Of a stretch of DNA of 64,000 bases, positions 13,401-25,447 are shown piece after piece; positions within the stretch are counted from its first letter, which is position 1, and each line of letters begins with the position of its first letter. The notes under the pieces are model-generated. The model was not told the DNA's origin. It searched no databases and saw nothing but the letters and a program-made list of their open reading frames with translations. Where the stretch lies: contig NW_002060944.1 in assembly GCF_000150275.1 (NCBI RefSeq), forward strand, positions 2,518,152 to 2,582,151. The letters run 5' to 3'. Both the position numbers and the translations under genes were made by a program. The stretch is from Trichoplax adhaerens. Its lineage: Eukaryota; Animalia; Placozoa.

Positions 13401-16400
13401 ATGAGGTTTAATAAACTGAATAAAACTTGTTCTGTAAGGTATTACTCTGTATATGACTTAACTTTTACCGGTATATTTGATTATCATGATTTAAGGATGG
13501 GGAAGGCACAATAACTTTGGATGAATTTTATGAATTTCCAAGTGTATGTGCTATTACCTGGGACTCTGATGAAACTCATGATCAATTTTTTATATTCGAC
13601 TACGACTCATTACCTGAATGTTTAAAGCCTGTTGCTAAAGGTTCATTTATAAGTATTCGTTATCTATCTCGGCCCTATTACGAGTTACTTTAAGTAGTTA
13701 ACGATTTATTAGTTAGTTTTAATGCCTTCATATGCTTCTTGAATAGGGATGTACTGGTTTGTTACCTGGATTTATTTCCAATGGATTGTTAACTTGGTAA
13801 TTATTGCAAATACAATATGGTTGCTGGCTAAGGCCATTACGGCAGATCAAATGGTAGCAACTCAAGGTGGATTAAAAGCAAAGGAGTACCTAGAAGTATT
13901 ACATGTTAGTAGCCAAATCTGAGCGTTAATAAATTGCTGATGCGTCACTAGCTTGTTATGCTGTAACTGTATAAGTTACATGAATTTGTAGCATTATTGT
14001 AAAAGAAATGCTATAATGACACAGTTTAAAAATTGGCAGCAGTTATGCTAAATTCAAATGATACATATTTTACTAATTGGTTGTGAATTATAGCCTATAG
14101 ATTATATATTTGTTGGCTTCTACGTTATCGAAATATTAACGCGAATGATTGGCATCGGTTGGAATAGATTTGTATCATCTATTTCGAATCTGTAAGTGAT
14201 TATATAGTGTTTACATTGTTAAGACTCTTTTTCTATATTTTAATTCCTGCCTATGAATTAGGTGATTATGGCTCCGATCTCTCTACCCGAGCTGCAGTAG
14301 ATATATTAGTTAGAAATGTATTATGCAGTCTAATGTCTATTTATCATTAATAGGATTGACATGTTAATAATTATTGCCGCCGTAGCTGGTGCTCTCCTTT
14401 CAACGGGTATCATAACAGTTTCACTAATGTTATTAATTATATATTAGCCTTGTAGACTCAAATTTAATGGCAATATTTCTGTTTAGGTCGAGTTGGAAAT
14501 CCCCTATCCTACTTGGCTTTTTTAAGATTATTCTTAATCCTTCGCTTTATTGACATTCGTTTAAAATTAACTATCGCAATGGAAACTATTGGGATGTACG
14601 AAATAAAATCTATTATAATTGCGCTCTAGATAGAGCGATATAAATTTGAGGCTAGATTATTTGATTGTTTTAATGGCTTGTTTCGTTACATTCATCATAG
14701 GATCCTACCGAGAATGTTAAGCTTTGTTCTCGTTGTGACGTACATGTACTACTTTTTTGCTATCATTGGGATGGAGGCTTTCCCCTGTAAGTATTTACAC
14801 ATATTCCCCTCCTATACTTTAGGTCTAACTTGATTGCTTATTTTAGACAAAAATTCGAAATGTGGCTGCACTATGGTTCATCATTATAGCAATATTACTA
14901 CTCATCCACTTAATAATAGCAAGATAATTGCGCCCTATGGGGATTATACTTATGGTTGCAGCGACGATCAATTTTATAATATCGCCGGTAACACGACTGT
15001 TTTATTCAGGAATGTTGTAAGTATTATGAAAGTCAAAATCATAATGAGTCGTAGATAAGGTTCCTTACTGAAAAGATTTAGCTGTATGTCACTTAACTGA
15101 CTTGATATAGAAACTAATTTCGATTGTGATGATAAAATTTTTATTTACATTTTATCAGAATAATACTTTGGAAGTTTGCGCTAAGAAAACTACCGACCAA
15201 TGCGTTAAAGATAATGGTCTGGATTGTGATTGTTCGATTAAATCCTGCGGTGGCCATTACAGTAGTAGTTATGATCGAACTAGTCCGGTACTAATTTCGA
15301 TATCTAACTAAGGAAATATAACTTAGCACTTAGCATAGTTTTCATTAAATTGATGCGACCTATTCTGTTACTTGTATCTACATTATTATACACTTATGAT
15401 ATCGAATTAATGTGTCTGGCTGACGTAAAGTAATCACTGGTGGGTTATTTTTATCTAGGATGGCCTATATTATCTTATGAATTTCGATAGCATTCTAAAC
15501 GCTTATACTACGCTGTTTGCTTTGATGGTTGTTAATAACTGGCAGATTATTATGTTTGGTATGTGTTTCATTTAAGATAATACATTACATCCGACTGTCA
15601 AATAAAATGCATTGATTATTAAATAGATATACGTATTCTTACATCATCTTTCACTATATAAATATGTCGTAACTATGTTAAATTGCTAATATTTCCTGCA
15701 GGCACTATAGATGCTTCTGGAACCACGTGGAGTATTGCCTATTTTATCTTTTTCTACTTCATCGCTGTTGAAGTTATTGTAAAGTAACTACAATATTATT
15801 ATTTATGATAAACATCTAATACTTGTAGTCATTATTAAAGGTTTTGCAATGTGTGCATCCATCCTATAGCGTTGTTCAAGCCTTTATTTTGGACGCCTTC
15901 AACAAGATGACTCCGCACGTTGAGGCACATCTTAAACTTCGAGATAAGGGAAAAAATTCCAGTCAGATAGACGTGATTCAAATTCCAATTTTAAAGTAAT
16001 CATACTAGCATAGGGTTACGTTGGAGTAGCAAGATAAAGTTTATTTAATGACTTTATTACCGAATCATACACAGGAGTGAAAGAAAATCTATCATTGAGG
16101 CACAGAATAGAAAATGGTATTCTATTTTATCAGCAGGTACAAATACGTATTTTTCGGTAGCTTAATTCATTCTTTAGCATTGACTGTCACAGGAGATACA
16201 CGGTTGTCATTGCTATTGATAAATATATTATGCACTTTTTATTAATGTTTAGGATATATATATGGTGAAGATACGGAGGTCAGTTATAACGGCCGTCGAT
16301 CACTTAATACGTTGGACATTTTTTTAATTGTATATGAGGAGGATTTAAATGCTTGGCTATCTGAGGAAGATGGACTTAAACTATGTAATTTATAGAATTT

Positions 16401-17147
16401 TCGCTACGTTTTTGTAACTGTAAATGACATCTTTATGTTTATATTTTAATTCCGATGCTAAGAATTATAGTTAAACTGATTAATTCGTACAGCATCATAC
16501 TACGTACATACGGTACCGCTTTCTCTTTGTACGATACAATAATATAATTTTATACTCCTGTAAAATCTTTAATAGCTCGCAGTAATGAGCCAACGATTCA
16601 GTTCAGACCGGGTAAAGATCGAGAGGATGACTATTCTGGCAATGATATCGAATTGATACATGTAATGATTTATAGAATTGTAAAATAGATACTTGAATTG
16701 ATATCTTAATTGGAGCTCTGACACTATATTATTGAAACCAATCTTAAAGACTTCTCCAGTTACAAAAGATAGCGATAAATCTACGGAGATTGAGTCTCTT
16801 AAAGCCGAAATTAAACAACTACGGATAGAATTAGCATCAAGTAAAAGACCGTCATCAGATCGATCGAGAAGTCCAAATTCTACATTGCGTAGAAGTCAAA
16901 TTGATATCGTGAGTGCAAATCCTGATAACGCTAGTAGGATGAGTGCAGAGGTACGAAATAGCTACAAGTATTTATTTAAGTTGTTTAAGTTACAATTACT
17001 GTCTAAAATTATATGACATAGATATTTAGATGCCTAGCTAGTAATTCTAATTTTTTTCATTTTGCAATCTATGAATGCTAGTATGGCCCACATCCACCTC
17101 CTCGTCGAGCTAGCAAACAAGATAGCAAATTGCAGGATTTAGTTTAA
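7458..17147 (+). CDS. TPCN1: Two-pore channel, TPC1-like (endolysosomal cation channel)
   Basis: Exon 11128-11290 gives [18 protein letters not shown] (TPC1 N-terminal signature). Other matches: IS4 [11 protein letters not shown]; pore [18 protein letters not shown]; EF-hand linker; IIS4 LRLFLILRF; pore [31 protein letters not shown]; IIS6 [10 protein letters not shown]; stop at 17145-17147. The first exon 7458-7542 ([14 protein letters not shown]...) is phase-compatible but less certain. Confidence 0.92.
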
Positions 17148-17206
17148 GAGAATCTTCATTGAACTTGATAAACTAAACGCAAACTTACATTTCCATATGT
17201 CAATAT

Positions 17207-17256
17207 NNNNNNNNNNNNNNNNNNNNNNNNNNNNNNNNNNNNNNNNNNNNNNNNNN
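17207..17256. other. Assembly gap (50 N)
   Basis: Run of n characters just after the TPC1 stop codon. Confidence 1.
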
Positions 17257-19345
17257 GGTTACATAAAATTAAATCGCTTCATTTTCAGCATTTTTGTACT
17301 TCATCATACCAATATCTTTATTGAAAATATTCCTAATTATGCCGTATAGATGGATTAATCCGCATCCTTTCTCCTATAAGTAATATTATAGATATCTTTA
17401 GCATTTCGTCTTCAACACCTACACAGAATTGTCAGTGAAAATATTTATTTTGAATGTACCCAATATTAGACAGATTTACAAATTCTGCCAGTTCATAGCT
17501 CATTTCACAATCTAGCATATCATTTCATGATAAAACTGTGATCCTATAGCTGTTTTATTTTAGGCAGTGCGCTGTTTTATGACAGGATACGTTTTCATTC
17601 TTTTATGGTAAAAGTTTTCAGTATTTGTAACCGTGTGAATTTTATCCTTTGGTTAATTGCATAATATTCTATTGAAGCTAATAATTTCTTAATGATATCT
17701 CGCTTTAGCTAGTTTCTATGCTTAAAAATTATAGCATACAGGTTATATTATTAGGTTTTGACTTTGCTAGCTTTACAGCAAAGCTTTAAAAAATAAAAAT
17801 TTCATTAAAGGTTTTGTTACAAATCTCAGCAATAATTTTACATTGCTCTTTAGTAGATGCTTAATTGTTAGTTTGATAACTGAGTTTGATTTTTTAAAGG
17901 TGATCTTAGTAGTGGAAAATATATCATTGCTCATTTGTTTTAACATTTTGAAAAGGTCTATCGATTTGCAGACGTTAAGAAGTTGTATCTATTACAGCAG
18001 CGGCTTATTGCTGTAATACTTTTACGCGTATAAATAGTTACAGTCAGCAGTGCATTGTTGATGTTAGTGCAGCGTAAGTGTGGTTATTTAGCCTAAAGAT
18101 TTTGGGCTTTATTCTCATCGATCCAGAATAAATGGCAACGGTAATGATGTTGCTTTACGTAAACTCGGTGATGTGGTCAAGTCAGATTCTCTATTATTAT
18201 AAAGATGTACTCGAATTGCAGTTAAAACACGTCAATTAAAGAATCAATCTGCGCCTGAAATTATAATTTTTTTCTCATCTATCGGTCTACAGCTGATCCT
18301 GTGCGAATGTTACCGAATGTAAATTTATACACATGAAAAGTACAACATTTTATGATAAATTAATAAGAGATGGGTAGCAATCTGAATTCCCGTTAGAGTA
18401 TAGTATCATTGTATCTAACTTCTTAATTTTATGATCTATAATACCCTTAAGAAAGAATGTAACTGAGATTAGTCTATTTTAACTTAGTTGGTTGTATTAT
18501 TTCTGGTAATTGATCTCTGTATGGGAAGATAATTATGGATGAATTGATAGAGATTCAAATCAATAAAAATACCGTATGTAAATCTATATTTTAAACAATT
18601 TCTATTTTATTTACTGCAGGACGTGCACGAATATGTTAAGATTTCAAGGACATTTCCGCTTGCTAAAAATTTGCTAAATTTCTTACTACAGCGAACTGTG
18701 TACTGTGTATGAAATAAGATATCAGATTACCAGTGACAATCACATCATATATACTCCATTAACTTAAAATCCACTATATTCCGTAGAATTTTCACGGGTT
18801 TCACTAGTACTTATTACTACTATCATAGTACTCGCGTACAGTTCGGCAACAGCAGACGTATCATTTGATAATTATAAGATATCTGAAGTTTAATATTGCA
18901 TCACAGAAAATTAAAAAAATATAAAGATTAGGATGAATCGAACATGTCGTTATGAGTAAAGTATTTCAAACAATTCTTATAGTTTAAGAAATAGCTGGCA
19001 TTTAAGTACCACTCCTGTTTAACGTAGTATATGCTGAAATCGAAAATATGCTACAAGATTAAGTATAAGAACAAATAGTTACAGGCGATAATCCGAAATT
19101 TAGAAATATAATAGTTTCCAATTATGTTATAGCAATTATCACTGCGTCAGTTATCTTCGAATATGAATGTGTCTAATACCACTGTTATTACTAGTATTGA
19201 TGTTATGACTGATTTATTTGGCATGCAGATTCTACGAAATAGATATTAATGTTGGCCTATTATTACGGTATCAGTCTAACCAGCTATGCATTACAGTAGA
19301 TTATTTAAAATTGCAATAATTGCATGCTACAAAAACAATTAATCT

Positions 19346-22300
19346 TTACACTAAGCCATCATACAGAGAAAGTGCTTGAACAATAGATGGATCGGATTTT
19401 GATCCATCTTGAAACTCTGCCATGGACAATCGTCCGTCGTCGTTCTGCATATTATTTATTTAATCAGTCATATTAAGATAAGATCAGATCGCATCATTTT
19501 AATGCTAGTAATTAAAGTGATGAAATGAAATTTACCTTGTCCATTTGTCTAAATATTTTTTCAACCCTTTTCTCAGCTGTATTTTCTTCTTCTGGTAGCT
19601 TTACCATATTTCCCTAAATAAGAAGCCGTGAACTTTATCGCGTTATATTTTGAAAATCTGATACAGTTGCTAGCAAGCACGAGATACACTTAAACATAGC
19701 TTGTACATTAAGATTATCAGTGAACTTACCACCATTTTATAAATTGCATCAACAATATCTAACATTTCTGACCGTGTAATATATCCATCATTGTCAAGAT
19801 CATATAATCGAAAAGCCCCTATTAACAGAATATTTAGTAATTTATAGCGTAAGTCTTTTAACATGAAATTCATATTATAACAGTACTATAGGCTATATAT
19901 ATTATTTTAGTGCGTATCTATCAATTTAAATTAACTGTTATATTTGTATTTCTGCACTAAACTTACTAACATTTAAGTTTCTCATCTAAACTGCCACGAG
20001 AGGTTACTGATAGGGCACATATGAATTCCCGAAATTCAATAGTTCCGTCCTATAAATAACGTTTAATGAATAATTAGTCAAAACTCTATGGTAAGGAAAC
20101 AGGAGTAACTTCATAATACTGTATTCCTTAATTAAATACAGGATTCGAAATATAGAGCAATGGTATTATGAGAGACACTATAGTAGGGTATTTTTATTGT
20201 CGCATGGATTGTACTTTACATATTCGAGATCTTACATAGTCTAGATGGTAAAGTACTGCTAAAATGTTATTAATCTTACACTGAATTAGGAATAAAAATT
20301 AATTTGACTGCTTTAGCATTACACTACGTCATATATTCTGTTCGATATTAATAATTTCGAATTCTTAGTAGTCAATAGAATAAAATGATCACTTAGGTAC
20401 TGATATAGTGACACTGAATTGATATTTATTATGAAGAATCCTATGCTAAAATTTTCTGGCCAATGTCTATTATAATCTATTATAATATGGAAAGTATAAG
20501 TTTACTTTATTGTTTTATGGAACTCGATTTTATATATTTCTTCCGCAAATGTAATATAAGAATAACCGTGGCGATTGTCACTTTTTCCTGTATACCACAA
20601 GTCTACACAAAACAACTAAAAAAATATTGGCAAATTTAATCCGAATTATTGTAGATGCTTCCTGAAATCTACATTTCCCTTAAAAATGGTCAATTATCGA
20701 ATTTTCTTTCTCTCTGATAGTATTGACACTATACATTTTAATGCCAATTATCTCAGGAAGACAGCTTAATTACTAATATGATAACGATTTTTCAACTACG
20801 CTATTAATCTTTATGATTACATATACTGTACATCTACTCGTTCTCAATAATAACTATTGCTGTAGCGGTACCTGTAAGTACAAAAGCGTAGCAATAATCG
20901 TTACTCAACGAAGGACTAGTTATTTCAATGGTATAGATTGCAAATAGAAAATTACGAAAATGGGACGCTGTGCACTCAGTAGGATGCTATACGACAATAT
21001 GGATAGCCACCAGTGACATCAAACTGCCTCAATTTGTGCTGAAAACGTACTTGGATTCTGTTAGTATGACAATAACGAACCTTATTTTCATCAAATACGT
21101 TAAATACGAAGCTGGCAAACTTTACCGGATCACCAAAAGGAAAAAATTGTTTGTATATCTTGCAAAATTCCTGTTTCAAGACAAAAATGTGCTCAAGCTT
21201 CAGTTTTTATTCTATTTTACTAATTAGATTACAGAAAATATGTAATTATGGCAACTTTGAAAACTAAACATTAATCCAGTCAGTAGGAATGGTAAAATTT
21301 AAATGATACCAGAATTATATATTTTCATGAAACATGTTGCAAAAACCTTCACCTTGGTCATATCTTAGCAGTATCTTGCGTAATTATTATATATATATAC
21401 AGTTACTTTGCACACTCTTCAAAGTCGTACGATTGGTAAGTATTTGACACATAACCCACTATTCCCAGCATACTATTGCTTTCGGAGAAGTACTCGATGA
21501 GCAATATAGCTCAACAGCATTAAATTATAATTACACACTTTATCCTGTAATAAATAGTATATGATTCGATTTGATATTACTAGCTGTAATCTTTTAATGA
21601 TGATTTAGGGAACATATAACATCAAAAGTATGGGGTAAAAGCGACGCTAGAGTAATACTGCAGCTATTCTTGCCTTAATATTCACAACCTAGCGAAGCGA
21701 TACGAACAGGACTTTCAAATTTTACATCGCATAGTGTTATATACTACTATTATAGATATCGATAGCAGTCTGGAAAAAATTATTACTCGTACTTTTCTTA
21801 AACAGGAACAGATCGCCACGAAATTCGTCAACTTAAAAGGATAAACGGTACTAATCAAGATAATCTGTCCGTTTGATAAAATTACTACAGCATTTTGCAG
21901 AATCTCACCTATTTAAAGCAGTATTAGCGTATAATTGAATGCTAAATTCAGATACAGTAGTTTAATGAAACCACGTTGCAGTAGTACTGAGAAGTTTAAC
22001 TTTAAGGGTGTATACGAGCTATCGGACGGCATCATTAAAACGAAATCAATCAAATCGTTAAGGAAAGAAGCAATTTTTTCCTTCTGAATGCTCTTGAATT
22101 AAAAGAAATGAGACATTCTTTCTCTTTTCTCTTATTTCTGCTATGGGACAAAATTATTACTTTTCCAGCGCAAACAGCTACAGAAACAAAGGCCAAACAA
22201 TTGTTGGCCAAGATATATTATGCAGTAAATAAAGTTTTATGCCTTGGCCTACATGTTTTATCCTAGATATTGCTTACGAAGAATATAAAAAGTACTATCC

Positions 22301-23315
22301 ACATAATCGTACGAATTCATATATCTTACATCTAGATCAAGTAATCCACTTGGGCAGTCTTTTAGAAATCCCTTGTACCTAATTGTTATGGTCAATGAAT
22401 ATATTGATTAATGTTGGCGTCTTTCAAGAAAAGTAGATAATTTTCTTAAATCTATTCGATTTTTATCCACTAGATACCTTCAAACATGGTGTAAACATAC
22501 AATGTATAACAAATTGCAACTTAAATTAGTGATATAAATCAATAATAATTAAGCAATTTAATAGCCGTTACCTTGATTTTTTACGTAAAACTCTGCTTTT
22601 TATTTACGATTAGTATCAATTTAAGTCAATAATTGTAAAACTAACAATTAATCTTCAGACTCAATATTAAGACTATTTCTCGACACTGTCAATTAATCGA
22701 TGCAAGTTAAATTTTTTAAGTCAAGTGCTGAACTTTTTACTGTACTGTACTGTGTGTTCGAAAGTAGTTGGAATACATATGCAGATAATACACAATGCTT
22801 ACTTACCATTGCTGCAATTCTTTTTCAGTAACTGATAGAAAGTTTTTGTTGGATTAATCCCATTTACAAGGTTGGCCATTTAGACCCACGACGGAAAAAA
22901 AACATGTGGTAAATTTTCAGCTTAATTAATGATTAAATAAAAAGAAAGGGTAATAGAATAATATCCAGTGTTTTTATATGTGTCGATAGCGGATGAAGGA
23001 ATGACAAAAGGTGCTGGTTTTAGAGAACTAAGAAATTCTATCACTAATAAATTATTACATAATCGAATTTTTACTTAGTAAATAAATTAGATTTTCAAAA
23101 CTGACTACGTATAAACTGCAAAATATATTGAGTACATTAATTTAACTATTTCATATTTATGGTTTGTAATCCTTATTGAATTTACAAATATTAATTTTCA
23201 GCTTCAACTGAATCATCTTCCTACTCTTTGACAATATAAATTTAAACTTACAGTGGGTATGTTGCGTTAATTCATCGACCAATTCTGCCTTTAACTTGCT
23301 GTTTTTCTTACCCAT
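19346..23315 (-). CDS. NCS1: Neuronal calcium sensor 1 / frequenin (conserved paralogue A)
   Basis: Eight exons (23252-23315, 22807-22831, 22330-22378, 21081-21170, 19971-20049, ~19730-19818, 19536-19613, 19346-19446) give [41 protein letters not shown]...[31 protein letters not shown]...[19 protein letters not shown]...[28 protein letters not shown]. It has the myristoylation Gly2 and three intact EF-hand loops. Confidence 0.97.
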
Positions 23316-24209
23316 AATTAGCAATTGAAATGTCGAATATTGGATCTAATGATAGTACAGTACAGTATAAAACTAGATTAAACGATAATCACTTTATCCA
23401 AGAATCCTTGATGAGCGAATTTGATTCAACGATCTCAAACCGTTTTATTTGGTCTTGATAAAATGATGACTACGAATATAAATATAAGTCAACCATCGTT
23501 AATGCCTAGTTCTTATGAAGTAAGGAAGGAAATCGGTGTTGCGGTATTACTATCCAAGTTAATAGGTACTTAGAATTGATTAACAAACTGACACATACTG
23601 TAAGCGTAAAAAATAATATTTATTACTGATTTGCCTTATAATTGAAATTGAAAACGTAGCAAAAATAGATACAATCAATTTCTACCTTGATAAATAAGTC
23701 CAATTTTTTCCTTTTTTTTCCCTAGTTTTAGTTAACCTACAAATCGTCACTATAATTACCCTCAAATTGTAATAATTTTTTCAGATAAATCTTACATAAC
23801 CCTTTGTCGTTCATCAAGAGAATGCTAATAAGTATGCATAATAATAGCAGCTTTATTATTTCCCCCTCCCTAGTATCAGATACAATACAAAGTTTTAATG
23901 TGTATAGTTATGTACGGGTGCCCGTAATGATTGATGATTCTAATTATTTATTCTCTGCCCTTAGTAACTGCTGAACCATACGTGTGTGTATCCAAGCCTC
24001 TTGATGATGTCAATGGTCGCGATAGAAAGAATGTCCGTTGTTATGATGATGAGATTTTGGCGATGGTACAGTATAATAACACCTATTCTTTCACGACATG
24101 GTGCAGGTACGCACAACTAGAAGATAGTAATAACTATACAGTAATAGAACGTCATCAAGAAAGTTTATGCAGAAAATCCTTCCCCTGACTTACCAGTATA
24201 TACTGTACT

Positions 24210-24212
<3 letters not shown>

Positions 24213-24246
<34 letters not shown>
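24213..24246. repeat. (TA)n microsatellite
   Basis: About 17 consecutive TA units. Confidence 0.95.
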
Positions 24247-24249
<3 letters not shown>

Positions 24250-24309
24250 TATACATTACAGTAATGTACGTACAGAATATGTATTGGTCAACAATCTTTA
24301 ACACATTTG

Positions 24310-25311
24310 ACCCGACCCGTACACTACTACACTATGTCTTTTAGTACGAGCACAGTGTACTGTACAGTGTGCTGTACACTGAGTACATCGTGTTTACCTA
24401 GTTTATATATGTACTGTACATGTACAGTATTCTTCTTCTTTAATATGTTCTTGCTTAGTATTATTACTGTTACTGCTATCATAAGTCACTGACTGTTATT
24501 ACGAATTGACTTATGATAGCAGTAATAGCTTGTAGAATCTCATACTCTTGATTTAGATTAGTAAAATAGTAAGTCACCTTTCCATTTTCCACATTAATTT
24601 CACTTGTTTATTAAACTAACTAGTGCTACAAAATTCTATTTTATATTTTCATGTGATGGTTATCCAATGTCGTTCCATTTGTCTGCACTTGTCATAAAAT
24701 TCGTGGGATCAACTGAGTCATGCATGTTTATCTCTTCCCTAATAAAAACCCTACAGCCCTCATCATGGTAAATACAGATTGATAACTAAATTTTATAGTA
24801 CTGGAAATAGTCATTAAAAGATGCATGAAAATGACCATTTTGTAAATCCGAAGTAGGTATTATGTGTGTACTTCAAATATTTCTATCTACAACTTTATCC
24901 TTATGTGCATATCCTACAGCTATCTCGTACGTATCTCTCACGGTCTCACTTTAGCCTAAATAGTAAATTGCATTGATCTGTTTTCGCTACATGCTTGTAA
25001 ATATCTACGGTAGAATTTTTTTTCCAGAAATTTATAAGCTAACCATCTCATACGCGTAAATTAATCTGAGCGTAAAGCTATCCTCATACGAATTGTGGCA
25101 AATATAATTACTAATTATAATTGCTATTACAATACTTATTTTACTATCTTGAGGTGATACAGTACATTGTACTGTACAAGTACTGCGCAGTAGACTAGCT
25201 TACTGACTAGTCTAGTACACTACACAGTGGCTTGACCATGGGCTGAGCTGCTGTTCCATATACTGTAAAGTACTGTACAGTATAGTACACACAGTACTGT
25301 ATTGTACCGTA
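24310..25311. repeat. Two short (GTAC-W)n clusters (24310-24430 and 25157-25311) between the divergent NCS genes
   Basis: cagtgtactgtacagtgtgctgtacactgagtac; gtactgtacatgtacagta; tacagtacattgtactgtacaagtactg; gtactgtacagtatagtacacacagtactgtattgtac. Confidence 0.8.
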
Positions 25312-25415
25312 TTATTTTGACTCAAGGTGAATTCTGTGCTATATCATTTTGTCGATAGTATCAAAAGCAAATAATACGAGTAATCTCATGTATTTTTATC
25401 ACTACTGCACTACTA

Positions 25416-25447
25416 CGCTGGCGGTAACGCAAGCGGGTATTTGCTAG
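25416..25447 (+). mobile_element. Helitron-like 3' terminus (GC-rich hairpin + CTAG followed by T)
   Basis: cgctggcg-gtaa-cgcaagcg forms a stem-loop with one mismatch, followed 8 nt later by ctag|t. This is the canonical Helitron 3'-end architecture. The 5' TC end cannot be fixed without other copies. Confidence 0.55.

Noticed and set aside
22807-22880. ATG-initiated ORF MANLVNG... as the NCS-A start
   Set aside because: The true coding segment is the 25-nt exon FTEKELQQW; the myristoylated first exon is at 23252-23315.
23502-23545. Resemblance to the U12 snRNA 5' end (ATGCCT....CTTATGA.GTAAGGAA)
   Set aside because: Similarity stops after ~27 nt and there is no downstream Sm site or U12 stem-loops; treated as coincidence.
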